A stretch of DNA of 64,000 nucleotides, from assembly GCA_904063045.1 (NCBI GenBank), contig CAJFCJ010000014.1, positions 1,547,643 through 1,611,642 on the forward strand, in the 5' to 3' direction. The first letter of the stretch is position 1, and each line of letters begins with the position of its first letter. This document shows positions 1-12,197 of the stretch, one piece after another. Below the pieces are notes generated by a model, which ran no database searches, was not told the DNA's origin, and worked only from the letters and a program-made list of their open reading frames with translations. The stretch is from Dimorphilus gyrociliatus (taxonomy: Eukaryota > Animalia > Annelida). The translations under genes and the position numbers were made by a program.

Positions 1-1
1 A

Positions 2-559
2 GGTTTTGGCAAAGTAATAAACTTTTCCAGTCACCTTTCAAAGGGTTATTGCCCCAGAGGAATGTACAAGACAGCTTCAGAATATATAAACTCTTGGTTT
101 TCATTTGAATCAGACATATTTCTTCCCGAAAAGAACATATTAACCGAAGAAGAAATTAGTCAGTGTCGACGATATTGGATCGAAAACCAAGAGTTTGTCA
201 ATAACGTTAAACAAACAACTCTACTGCACGGCGATGTTGACCTATCGAATATTCGAGTTGATAGTGACGGACAGTTTAGAGGTTTTGTAGACTTCGGAGA
301 TGCGTACATTGGGGATTGCTTAGACGATTTAAGTAGGTTATACGTTCATCTTTATGGTCAAGTTGATTGGACAGCTCTTGTAAATGGATATGAAGAGATT
401 GCCGGCAAGCAAGCTGTTGACGAGAGAAAATTAAAAGTCTACTCTTTCCTCCTCTTATCGTGGATTATCCCACATTCAAAGAAGAATCTAGATATTGAGA
501 AACCGAATAGATATCATTTTTATAAAAGTGTTTTTATTCGTTTAATCTCTAATAAATAA
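2..559 (+). CDS. Aminoglycoside phosphotransferase / choline-kinase-like protein, C-terminal part (5' end outside window)
   Basis: Frame is open from base 2 with no intron seen. Contains HGDVDLSN (Brenner-type catalytic loop) and FVDFGDAYIGDCLDDL, the HGD..N / DFG pattern of the APH family. Confidence 0.75.
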   Translation, partial: GFGKVINFSSHLSKGYCPRGMYKTASEYINSWFSFESDIFLPEKNILTEEEISQCRRYWIENQEFVNNVKQTTLLHGDVDLSNIRVDSDGQFRGFVDFGDAYIGDCLDDLSRLYVHLYGQVDWTALVNGYEEIAGKQAVDERKLKVYSFLLLSWIIPHSKKNLDIEKPNRYHFYKSVFIRLISNK

Positions 560-2071
560 ACAAATAAATATCTCTAATTCTCATATTCATTCCTCTATAT
601 TGGCTAAATATCGATAAAAACTGTATATACAATATATATACAGTCTATATAGATAAAGATGCAAAGAAAACACCATTCATTCATTCCTTACCCCCTCCCC
701 CCTATTTCTCTCAAGAAAATATATACTATTTTTAGCCTATCACATTGTTTCTTCTTTCATCGTTATCTTCACCCTGGATATTTTACCGCAAGGATAGCAG
801 GGCCATCTAGCGTCTTGTGTATAACTACTAATACCTTTGGTTGATAAGCTGAACCTAAGATGCAGAATCTTAGGAAAGCAAATGAGATTTTTAGACGCTT
901 TAGCTGTAATAAAATATTACGTCATTTATTTCGTTTAATAATGCATGAAGCTGTTCTATAGAGGTTATTGTTAGAGACTTGTTGATAAAAACTTGTCAAG
1001 TTGGTACTCTAATGAAATTTTACGTTCGTTTGAATGGATTTAAAGCATTTATTATTCAAATATTCGATAGAAACCCCTTAACGTTAATAATTGTCTTTTA
1101 CAATTCTTTAAATAGAGTATTGTTTATTAATGATTAGCATCACTTGTAGTCCGTTACAAATGGGGGTATCTATCATTAAAATGAAAAAAAAGTGGCAAAG
1201 AGACTACATTAAAGTCCATTTTCCCATGTATTTGATTTTCTCTTTACTTTGCTTTATATTACTATTAGCATATAGATTCTACAGAAATTTTTCCTAATAT
1301 TTTTATTGTTTAAAGTATATTTACACAGAAAGGAGAATATTCATCCTATTGACTTTTTAAATACTAAACAAATATGTAAACCTTTTCCTGATCTTCTTAA
1401 ATTACTCTTCTGCTTATTACATAGATTTAGTAAACATGATATATAAATATCACTTTTAAATCGTTTAAGATCCGATTTAGACTCGTCACAATAATAAAAA
1501 TATCTTATTTTTATTTAGTTTTACATTTCAGTTTTAAGGTTTTCATATCAACTTCTAACATTTTTTGGTCGGATCTTGGTTTTATTTTTTCGCCTAAATT
1601 TTCTGTACTAATATATTTTCCATTTTTTTCCTATTTCATTTTATATTTAATAATATCCATTATGGAAAAAAAAGACTCTTAAAATAGATGAGAAATTTCT
1701 ATCCTTTATAGGCTTTTAATTACCTTGTCTAAGAAAGCAATGTTTATAGAGAGTGTTAATCGAGTATTCTCTGTTATCCGTGAAAATTTAATTAAAATAG
1801 TTTATTAAATAAAAAAAACCGGCGACAAAAATAGTTGTCTTGTACAATGCGTTTTTGTAATATCTTTAAGAGAAAATACTAAAGACGTTTGCGTCTGTCT
1901 ATGCTTAATTAGCGTTTATTATTAATGACATCTATCAAAAAGCTTTGAGAGACGTCACCGCAGTCATTTGTAGAAGATACTATGGGAAAAATTATCATAG
2001 TCAATTTCTAAGAATAGTGGTTACATTAGGAGATTCAGTACAGTGTCAAAGTAATTAAGTCGACTTGCTCG

Positions 2072-2093
2072 CCAATAGTTTCGCGCCGGAAGT
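2072..2093 (+). promoter_or_regulatory. CCAAT + E2F-like + ETS motif cluster upstream of EDF1
   Basis: CCAAT at 2072, TTTCGCGC at 2079 and CCGGAAGT at 2086, about 280 bp upstream of the EDF1 ATG. Motif matches only. Confidence 0.45.
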
Positions 2094-2374
2094 GATGTCA
2101 CGGAAATACAGTCATTACAGAAAGAAAAAATTTAAAATATTACTAAAATAAGTCAAAAATATTTTTACAAATCTAAAAATTAGAATAAAATATTTTAAAA
2201 ATAATTAATGTACCGAGTGCAGATCTACACTTGAAATATTTCGTCATATCCGGCGGAACTTGTTTACCTTCATATTGCACAACCGCTATTAACCTAATAA
2301 TTGCAAGGGATTGCGTTTAAACACCAATCTATATAAATTTTAACTTTCAGTTATTAACATAGTACACAAGCAAA

Positions 2375-2994
2375 ATGAGCGACTGGGACGATGTAACCTA
2401 CCTTCGTAAAAAACCACCAAAAGCTAGTCAACTCAGAACTCAACAGGCATGGACAAAGAAACTACTATTTTTAGTTTGCACTAATTTACCATTTTCTTTC
2501 ATTTACAGGCGATTAATGCTGCCCAACGTCAAGGAGCGTCTATCGATACATCGAAAAAATTTGGTGCCGCCTCGAATAAACAACACTCGGCGAACAAGAA
2601 TACGGCTAAATTGGACCGGGAAACTGAAGAACTTCATCACGATAAGTTGGACATAGATACCGCTAAAATGATTCAAAAAGCTAGACAAAATAAGGAGCTA
2701 ACCCAAAAAGAATTAGCTGCAGTAAGTTAAATATAATTAGAGACTGAAACTCCAAAGTTACAACTTATTATATTGCAGAGAATTAGTGAGCGTCCTCAAA
2801 TCGTAAATGAGTACGAATCCGGCAAGGCAATCCCAAATCAGCAAATACTAACAAAATTGGAAAGGGCACTCGGTAGATTAAAGAGCCTCATTACATTTTA
2901 AGGGTAAAAATTTAACGTATTTCATATTACTACAGGTGTTAAACTACGCGGCAAGGACAAGGGAAAGCCTCTGGTTCTTACAGCCAAAAAGTGA
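2375..2994 (+). CDS. EDF1: Endothelial differentiation-related factor 1 / multiprotein bridging factor 1
   Basis: Exons 2375-2446, 2509-2721, 2779-2872, 2936-2994 splice to [13 protein letters not shown]...[12 protein letters not shown]...[13 protein letters not shown]...[28 protein letters not shown], the classic MBF1 sequence. Confidence 0.95.
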
Positions 2995-3153
2995 GGTTTC
3001 GACTCGAGGTCGTTCTAAGGCATCTGCGTATGCAACAATATTCGCCTTATCTACTTCATTCAGATATAAAACAATATAACAACTAAACACATTTAATCAT
3101 TTATGAAGTTTTGAACTATATTCTAATAAACTGGTTAAACAAAATATTAATGC

Positions 3154-3680
3154 TTAGACCATGGACATAAATTTATCAATCTTGGCTTGAACAGCGTCTT
3201 CGCTCTTGCTAGGATTTTCTTGTATCATCTGAAAAGACGTGCACGTTATCAATGACATACTTTAATAAATACCTGAATAAAAAAGCCTCACCTTTTTTAG
3301 CTCCATGACATAATTGGCCATGGCTTCTTCAGAAGGCATATCACCAAGACCATTCCAAGCGTTCCACTTAGCCTGTAGAATTATTCATGTATTAAAATTA
3401 GAGCAATCAATTTTAACAAGTCTACAACCTTTCCGACTAGGTCCAATGAGAACATTCCAGGTCCGCTAGTATTACATTTGCCAATGGTTGCCTGTTTATA
3501 ATAGCTATAAAACTTCAGGCGAACTTGATCAGTCGGTTTTTGTGGGCCTGAAAATGACAGTCATTTTAAATCAATAAAATTTGAGAGCGGTAGTCATTTC
3601 TTTATTAAACCCGGTATACCTTCTTTTGGGAGGCTCTGGACAACATCAACGGCCATATCAAATTTTTCCTTCAACGACAT
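3154..3680 (-). CDS. Acyl-CoA-binding protein (ACBP/DBI family), 4 exons
   Basis: Spliced product [21 protein letters not shown]...[39 protein letters not shown]...EAMANYV has the ACBP signature (YxxYKQAT.G, KWxAW). Confidence 0.93.
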
Positions 3681-3983
3681 TTTTCACTGAAAGGTGACAC
3701 TTAATTAATTCAGAAGCAAAGCAACGACTGGTGTTAATTGAACCTTCGAAATTCCAAAGTTTAAATATAATGTAGCGGTGACCGTTGTCTGCTATTGACA
3801 TAAAAAAAATCATATTGATAGATGGCGTTCAAGTGAAGTCGCTTTGAGTTTTATCCTAATAATACGAATTACTGTCATCTATTTATATAGAAGTGAAATA
3901 TTTTTGCTTTATAGAGTCTGAAAACATTATAAAACTGATATAATCCCTTTTCATTATCAAATTGTTATTTTTTTAAACGAAAA

Positions 3984-6900
3984 ATGGCTTTTATATTCCA
4001 ACGTTCGCTGGGTTCTTTCAAGGTCGGACGATGGCAACATGTCCCCTTAAATCTATTTCCAAGAAATAGTAGATATAGTCACACTGTTGACGGGCATATG
4101 AAACAATCAGCTCTTTATATTAGTCCATATGACAAGAAAAATTCTTCAGTTGTCAACGTAGATTTAAATTTAAAGGAAATTATTGAAAATGCTAATAATG
4201 TTGCAACTAATATTAAATTACGACAAATGAACGTGAATGTTTATAAATTGGTATCAATATACTTTAATATAAGATTCTTTGCGCTTATAAAGCTTTTATT
4301 TGTTTTAATAGTGTGCGGACCATAAAGCATATGAGGAATTTGAAATAGCCTTGAAAACCATTGAAGACCAAAGAAAAAGTGTTACAGCAAAAGTTTCAGA
4401 ATTAATTGCTGCAAAAGTATCTTAATTAATTAATAATCTAATAAATAATACATTAACTAAAATTACAAATAAAGGATAATTCGAAAGAGACGATCATAAA
4501 GGAGATGATTGAAAAGGGAAAGCTTTTAAGATCTGAGATGAATGATTTAAAGGTTTGTAAATTGCGTAATATTTCTAACTGTTTGATAGGCTTTTGTAAT
4601 TCGTTGACAGAAAAAAATGAGCGAGCTGGAGGAAACAATAATGAAAAGGGCCTTGATTATACCCAATCTTATTCACCCTTCAGTCGTATGTTGTACTCAA
4701 TCGTTATAAAATACTATGTAAACCATCTTTCTCTTTTTGTCAAATGAATAGCCAGATAATGATAAAGTTCTGCGGTCTAAAAATGAAGATCTGTGTTCTC
4801 GTTAGTATAATCATCTTCTTTGGAGAAAAATGGAAATCATTTTTCATATTCCTCCATACAAATTCTTGTTTTTGTTCTATAGAATTAGAGGATAATATAA
4901 AGAGCCATTTAAATATAGGACGTCGGAAAGGTTCTATCATTTACAGGTAATGGATAAAAACTAAGATTTTTGATAAAAGAGACAAATATTTTAATTAAAA
5001 GTTTGTATTGAGTTAATTTCCCGCAGACCATTATCGCCTACGGCTTTCTATTTGCAAGGTGAAGCGGCAGCCTTAGAGAGGAGCCTAACAAGTTTAGTGA
5101 GCAAGCACTTAAGAAGTAAAGATTACCAATTATGGCATTGTCCCCACTTCAACAAAGCATTTATTTTAGTAAGTAAGGGAATGGAAAATGGTCTAAATTC
5201 TAAAGGATGGAAATCAGAGAGGAATAGAAAAAAATATATTCCTATTTGCGCTTTTAAATTTATTTGCTCTCTTGAAACAATTTTTTTATTTTATTTACTT
5301 TATTCCTTTTCTCATTATAGGAGGCTTGCGGTTACGATTTTGCAGATCATAAACAAGTTTGTTTCATCATATTTTCCCTTGCTATCTCGGTCTATCTGTC
5401 TCTTTCTCCTTCCTCTCACTCTCTCTCTCTTTCTCTCTATCTGCCTGTCATTCTGTCTATTTATCTATTTTTTCTGTCGCTTTCCCCCTCTTCCTTATAA
5501 AAGCTTATCATGTAAACAATTACCGTTTTTCTATTTCCCGTGTTTTTGCGACAGGTACTACTAATCGATCAAGAAGTTATAGAAGATGACCAGAAAGTAG
5601 ATACCAACCTCTATCTGACTGGAACATCTTTACCATCGTTTGTTGGTACGTCAGGAGGCAAAAAAAATCTATTTACATACTATATATAAATACGTCTTGA
5701 GATCGTATATCTCTGTACAGCTTTTTTCGCAAGAACTGTCGTTGATCAGAATAGTTTGCCCATCAAAGTTTATAGCGTTGGGGAGGAGTATATTTCCAGT
5801 AAGTTGTAGTCAATGTTTTTGCGTTACAGATTTTTCTCTCTTCAATCGATTTCCTCTCAATTTTTTTACACAGATGTAGATAACAAATCGTTTTGCGCGG
5901 ATGATCTACTATCGACAAGGCAAATAACGAGTGTTAATACTTTTTTGTTATTATTACACAGAGTATAAACGGTTTTTTCGATTTTCCTCAGGTTCGACTA
6001 TTCAGTGCCTCAGCGAATAAGGAAGCTGCATATGACTTATATGAAAACCATTTATCAGATTTATGGGAATTTTATGAAAGCCTTGATTTACCGGTAAAGT
6101 AAGTGTCCTCCGGGTGTCATCTCCAACAAGGAATGAATGTTTAATTTATAAGCTAATCTCCGTAGATTAATTAGTCGTCCTCCCAGAAAGTTAAGACGTG
6201 AAGAAAGTGCTAGAGTAGACATAAAACTTTGGATGCCAAGTTCGAAAGATTACAGAACGGTTAGAGAGTCCATAGTGATCGTTATGACTTATCATGTAAT
6301 TTTCATGCTTCACAGATTGCTACTGTATCGATGCTAGGTGACTTTGTAAGTCGGCGATTGATGAATAAATACCAGGCAGGGCAAACAAACGCTTATTTAC
6401 ATATGGTTAGTTTGTTTAATGTATCGATGAATTTTTCATCAGGAATTTTGCTACGCCGTGCCGCCTTTTTTTTTGTGAAGTTACATAGCTTTTGTACTTG
6501 ACTCGTCGTTTGTTACAATATCGGAGGCAAGTAGAAAATTAGAGCGATCTGTCACTCCTCATTTTCTATTCCTTTTAGCGTAAGGGGAGAAAATGAACGA
6601 AATGCACAAGAAATTGTTATTAAGACTAATAGAAAATATCGACAGTCAAGAATGAAAATGCTCAGCATAATTCTAGAAACGGCTTAACGAACCTAATTTG
6701 TTAGTTCGATTAACGCTCCGCGCTCCGTTATAATGTATACATTGAAGCGGCAAAAAATTCCTCTGCCCAAAAGACTTTTACTTAGCTAAGTTTTCGTTGG
6801 AAAGAAATTCTTTAGGCGCTCTTTTTCAACTTGTCGACTTATGTAGTCAGTTATTTAAAACGCCCGCGTTTTTTTTTTAGTAGCGAATTGAGGCGTTTCT

Positions 6901-7218
6901 TCAACGTTTTAGACATCTCCACACGAATAGTATGAAAATTTTCGCTTCTTTACAGTTGATATATAAAAGGAATTATTAGCGTCTTTGTAGCCTACTGATG
7001 GATGTTTCTTTAATAATCTTTCCGTTTCAGCCGAATTTGTTGAATATTTATCGACATTTTAATTTTTCCTCCTACAGACTCATTCTTGTGCAATGAACGT
7101 AACGAGACTCGTCGCCGCCCTCACGGAATATGGAGCTCTAGAGAAGAAGGTATGCGTTAAAGGAATAACCAATTTCGTGCGCAGATTAGTCTATAGTATT
7201 TTCATAACGAATAAGTAA
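3984..7218 (+). CDS. Mitochondrial seryl-tRNA synthetase-like protein (SARS2 paralog, SLIMP-like); about 15 exons, 3' end uncertain
   Basis: Presequence-like N-terminus and coiled coil. Exons encode ALIIPNLIHPSV, KSHLNIG, FYLQGEAAALE, EACG, LYLTGTSL, LPIKVYSVG, VDIKLWMP, GDFVSRRL and HMTHSCAMNVTRLVAALTE (exon 7078-7149), collinear with SerRS2. Confidence 0.8.
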
Positions 7219-7901
7219 AGCCGCTAGGCACATATACATATCCTCCCGATCTTATTATAAAGGACTATGCGCCTTTCGCTATCAGAAGACAACGCTACAA
7301 ATATAGGCAATTTTCAAGGAAATTACCCAACCTATTTATAGCCAAAGGCAAATTATTATAAGTTACTATTTTCCTACTTTTGCTGATTTAAAATTAATCG
7401 GATAATTCTCCATTTGTTTGAATAGTAAGAAATTGAACTTCCCATTAAATAGATTATTTTTATACGCCGATAAAAGTTCTTGAGACAAAAAAAACGTGAG
7501 GAACTCTTATATCGAATATGTTAATGTACGTGCACGCCACCTGTCGGTGTCGGCCTATTCACTCTTCTCCACGTAGACGGCAGGATTGCGGAAAAGTTTG
7601 TGAAAGAGCTCGCTTTCGTCGAGAGCCGACATATATTTATTTACAAGGAATATAAAAGCTGCCAGTACTAAGAAATGTATATGTGACCTTTATTGACCTT
7701 TTCTATATTGGTTCAATAGTATATAAAAATCTGTAATGAGAAACATGGTTTTTGCAGAATTCTGATTCTTGGACGTGGAAGCGAATCTTGCCCGGAAATT
7801 AGGGAACTGTAGAGAGTGTCGATCGCAAATAGCTTTTATAAACAGAAAATTTTTGGAGGGACGACAAAAAGGTAGTGAAGAAATTAAGTAGATTAAAAAA
7901 T

Positions 7902-7922
7902 AATATATATGTATGCATATAC

Positions 7923-7974
<52 letters not shown>

Positions 7975-7987
7975 TAATATATATATA
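7902..7987. repeat. (TA)n microsatellite
   Basis: Long, nearly pure TA run. Confidence 0.95.
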
Positions 7988-10203
7988 CATTTATTTATAT
8001 TTATACTTACGTATTCTCTTCAGTTTCTTTATTATTTTTTAGTTTGCTTTTTTTAATTCTCTATTATTGTGTCTCTTATTTCCTTTAGTCTTTATTATTA
8101 CTATTATTATTATTATTATTACTTTAACCGCTAATCAATAGAAGTACTCTTAGCCTATTTGAATTATTAAGATAAATTTTTAACGTAGTTTATATTACAA
8201 AATAGGTTGATCTCGTTAATCAAGTGAGGTTTTCATCATTGATCACAAAAGGTTTTTAAGGCGTCGAAGAGAGCTGATTTCGTGATTGATCTAATGGTAT
8301 TTGCAACTCTACAATTTTTAACAAACGCTCTCTCCCCAAATCCTTTACTTTACCTTTCTTCCTCTTTTCTCTATTATTCGCTTACCAGCTCATTTTCCTT
8401 CCTTATCCAACACTCATTTCCTTCACCGCCTTTCAACATCGCTTAGAGGGACCTCAAACTACCTTGGAACGCATAATCGTTTAAAAATAAATTAAGAGAT
8501 TATCTTAAAGGTTTATCGTTAAATTATTTAATATTTTAATTTAAAATAATAAGGGAATCACTGTATTTTTAAGCTAATAAAGCATAGTAGTTTTTTCACA
8601 GTAGGAAACTTTAGTTTACGAAAGATGCTACCGTCAGCATTGTTTGTTTGTAAAAGTGCACCCTTTATTAAAACCACGTCGGAAAAATTTTTACGCTTAC
8701 TACACCCGTAGTATTAGAGATGGGTGGAACTAGTTAGATGCTAAGATCGAGTGTAGAAGAATCTAAATAAAAAAGAAGAGGTAAATATACACTAAGATAA
8801 GATTTAGAGATGTGGAGTAGAATGAATGATATGTAATGTAGAATATGCCAAGAGATTATAGGTGACTTTGCTGTTATGTAAACTCGACTTCTCACTATCT
8901 CTTAGCGATCGAAGTGGGAATTTGCAAGAAGTAACCTTATCGCGTTACTGGTTAATAACAGTAGGATCGCGAGTTGCATAGTCAATAGGCAATGTCAGAT
9001 CGGTTGATACCATTTTTAATTTTATGGATGATGCGCACATGCTCCCAAATCGATGGCACTAAAGAAAAAAAAATAAAGAGACAGGAACCCCTCGATATTT
9101 CTTTAAGCTGCTATTTTTTTATGAGTTATACCAATCTCTTCAACTCACTTTTCACGTCTTTATACTCCTATGTATCTCTTCTTAATAGCCTACTAGATAT
9201 GATTTCTAGGCAGTATTTATTAGTATTGGCTCTTATACTTTTGCTGTAAAAATTCTTAACCTGACAGTTGAAAGAGTCCTCTATAAGAATCAAGTTGCAA
9301 GTTTATCTTTGTTTATCCTTTAGCAAGTATACTTTGGTATGCCACTCTAATTCTGTATTACGCATGCATGCAGCATCTGGATAGAAGATCGGGGCAGGAG
9401 CAATGACTTTTTGTAAGCACGAGACTAATTAAGTTTTCAGCAGTATAATTTTTTTGTAGTTATGGAGTATAAAAGCCTGTATGCGGTGCATAATTACATC
9501 TAGTGGCTCCTGTTAAGTAAATTATTCCTTGAAGGGGTCGGGTTAGAATAGATAAAAAGGAGCGATAGAGCTCCGAATGATTATAGGCCTATCAGTTTGC
9601 TGGTCATTTCCTGCGGCCGACTTAATGGAGCTGGTAATAAACGCGAATCTCAGGAAAGTATAGGGTAGTGTGTTTTTTATTCATTTTTTATTTTGCGCTA
9701 TTTCCTTGTAGAATTGTTAGCGTCGCACTTAGCAGATTAGCACACCTATATAGAAGCAAGTGAAGAAGGACAATATGTACATGAAGAATTTTTAGTACAA
9801 TTATTTATTGCGACCTTTTTTCTAGGTGGATCGAGAATCTTTTCTTTTTTTTATTTTTACGTCATAGCTTATCTTCGTTATCCTCGTCTCCGTCGTTTTT
9901 TTTTTCTTCTCTATTTCGTCTACCTACCATACTACTAATACTGCTCTTTGGCCGTCCTCTCCACCTTCCTCTACTTCTAATTTTACTCCTCTTCCCTCTT
10001 CTTCCCTTCTTCCTATACATCTTTTCTACTTATCATTCATCTCTTGAAAGTTTTTATCTTAATTTTATTCGGGTATAAAAAGTTATTTATTTATTTTTTT
10101 TTTGGTATTTTTTCTCATATTTCAATTTTGATATTAAAAAATATAGTTTAAAATTAGATATCGAAATTAAAAATCTCCTTAAATTTTCTTCCATGTAGAG
10201 ATA

Positions 10204-11298
10204 ATGGCGAATAACAGTAGCCAAGGAGAATCAACAGAAGATAAAGTGTTTTTAATTGTCTCTCGCTACGCCGTTCCCATTGTCTTTGGTATTATAACAT
10301 TGCTTGGAATTGCCGGCAACACCTTGGTTATTCATGTTATTGCAACACGCTCTAAAATGAGAACAGTTACTAACCTCTTACTGCTCAATCTCGCTGTTTC
10401 CGATCTGGCTTTCGTAATTATATGCCCGTTACCGACAGCTTATAGTTTTGCCTATCAAACTTGGCCCTTCGGTTCGTTTCTCTGCAAGCTTATGCATTAT
10501 ACAATCAATTCATGCGCCTACGTGACCGTCTACACACTCGTTGTTATATCAGCATTCAGATTTTTCACGGTGGTTTACAATAGTCAGACAGTACACCTAC
10601 GTACTCATCGTAACGCTGTCATAATGATCGCATTTTTATGGGTCGTCTTCCTTTCTGCCAATTATCCCATTACACAAGCCTACGACGTGGTCGTTAGAAA
10701 CTCGAGCGGCGTGTCATTGGACTGTGACATGAAGTCGGAAGAATTTCAGGCGCCCGTATTCTACTCTTTCTTTGTATTCGGCTATCTTCTTCCTTTATGC
10801 CTTATTGGCTTATTATCCGTTGGTATTATTGCTCATCTTAATAAGCAGAGACCGACAACAATAAGCCAATCGACGCCTTCAGGAATAAGGTCAAACTCGA
10901 GGAAGAAGAGCGCCTCTCGTCTCATCATCCTTGTTGTGGTCCTCTTCGCCATACTCTGGCTTCCTATACAGCTACATCTCGTAATAGCCGTAACTACAGG
11001 CAAACAAATGCCTAAATCATATCTAACCGTAGCCTTCCTCTGGAACCTTATGGCATACGCCAACTCTTGCATCAATCCTTTTATCTATAATCAAGCTAGT
11101 AAAGATTTTAGATATTCCTTCAAGGAGGTAGTTTCTTGCCTGAAGTGTTGTCCAAGAAACCAGAATTCTCGTACACCATCTTTACCTGCCGGTCAAATTG
11201 CTATTGTACCGGCTGGTGCCGACCAAAAGGAACGTCGTCATTTGATAGCATCATCCGGACCTCATAAAGAGGAATGTCAAGCTTCTAGTAATGTATAA
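10204..11298 (+). CDS. Class A neuropeptide GPCR, allatostatin-A/galanin receptor-like
   Basis: Single coding exon of 364 aa with 7 hydrophobic segments: GNTLVI, MRTVTNLLLLNLAVSD, WPFG..LCK, LWLP, NSCINPFIY. A splice acceptor (TGTAG at 10194-10198) just before the ATG implies a 5' UTR intron. Confidence 0.9.
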   Translation: MANNSSQGESTEDKVFLIVSRYAVPIVFGIITLLGIAGNTLVIHVIATRSKMRTVTNLLLLNLAVSDLAFVIICPLPTAYSFAYQTWPFGSFLCKLMHYTINSCAYVTVYTLVVISAFRFFTVVYNSQTVHLRTHRNAVIMIAFLWVVFLSANYPITQAYDVVVRNSSGVSLDCDMKSEEFQAPVFYSFFVFGYLLPLCLIGLLSVGIIAHLNKQRPTTISQSTPSGIRSNSRKKSASRLIILVVVLFAILWLPIQLHLVIAVTTGKQMPKSYLTVAFLWNLMAYANSCINPFIYNQASKDFRYSFKEVVSCLKCCPRNQNSRTPSLPAGQIAIVPAGADQKERRHLIASSGPHKEECQASSNV

Positions 11299-11822
11299 AA
11301 ATTTCATTTATTCATTCGAACTGCGTCTATTTAATGTGCTTTGAGTGTATACTGCAGCTTTTACTTCCTTCCTCTTTTCATCCCAGGTTAATGCATTTTT
11401 GTGCAGTTTTATGCGTTGATGTAAGGTTAATTATCCTTTCTGACCATGTAGTCTAATTAATGTACAATTCAATCCATTCATTTGTTCATTTATGCTTCAA
11501 ATATTCTCCCTATTTCTATTGATTTCGCAACCAACCTCAAATTGTTTCGGTAACATTTCAGTTTCAATTATAATTTAGTCGGTGTTTAATTTCAACTAGC
11601 CAATTAAGGATTGAAATAATTGACATCATTGATGTTATTCTGATGGATTTGATCAGTTTTATGTTCTAATTTTGTTATTAAAAAAAAGAAAAAAATCTTA
11701 AAGCTATTTTAAAGAGCTTCAGAAGAAAAAAATATTTCAAGCAAAAAAGTCGTATTCTTACTAGGTTTGATAGGAAATTACTTGAAGAGAGCTAGTGAGA
11801 AAGGGGAGAGAGAAAAAGAAAA

Positions 11823-11846
11823 AGAGAGAGAGAGAGAGAGAGAGAG
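11823..11846. repeat. (GA)n microsatellite
   Basis: Pure GA run. Confidence 0.9.
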
Positions 11847-12067
11847 AAACAGAGAGTGGAGGTGAGAGATGGACTTAAATTTAAGACGTATGTGGTGGAC
11901 ATCTGATACATATAGAGTACATACATATAAGCATTTTTTCCTCTATTTAACATATACATTATCGTACATATCAGATGTATAAGTGTATATGTTTTAGTAA
12001 AATATTGCATATATAATATACTATATGACTATATTCAAAATACGTTTAAGCACACATAAGCACATAT

Positions 12068-12197
12068 ACAGTATATATATACATATATATATATATATAA
12101 ATGTATATATATAATATACAGCATATATATATATGTATATATACATTTTTATATATTTGAATATATATATATACAGTATATATATATTTATATATAT
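12068..12197. repeat. Degenerate (TA)n microsatellite
   Basis: Interrupted TA-rich run. Confidence 0.85.

Noticed and set aside
659-2060. Short coding-looking frames on both strands (e.g. INDIYQKALRDVTAVICRRYYG near 1921-2060; WPCYPC near 780 on minus)
   Set aside because: Could not be joined into a coherent spliced ORF and no family was recognised; may be a decayed gene.
3261-3272. Possible 12-nt microexon in the last ACBP intron
   Set aside because: The whole intron is 63 nt; the flanking introns would be impossibly short.
5359-5589. ORF-track entries over CT/TA microsatellites (also 7799-7990, 11792-12010, 12021-12260, 25203-25439, 41720-41932)
   Set aside because: Low-complexity translations of simple repeats, often with non-ATG starts.
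6406-7077. 672-nt intron in the SerRS-like gene as a possible snoRNA host or alternative last exon
   Set aside because: No convincing box C/D or H/ACA layout; the exon at 7078 fits motif 3 far better than internal candidates.
8992-9249. 85-aa ORF upstream of the GPCR
   Set aside because: No motifs; lies in the probable GPCR 5' UTR/intron region.
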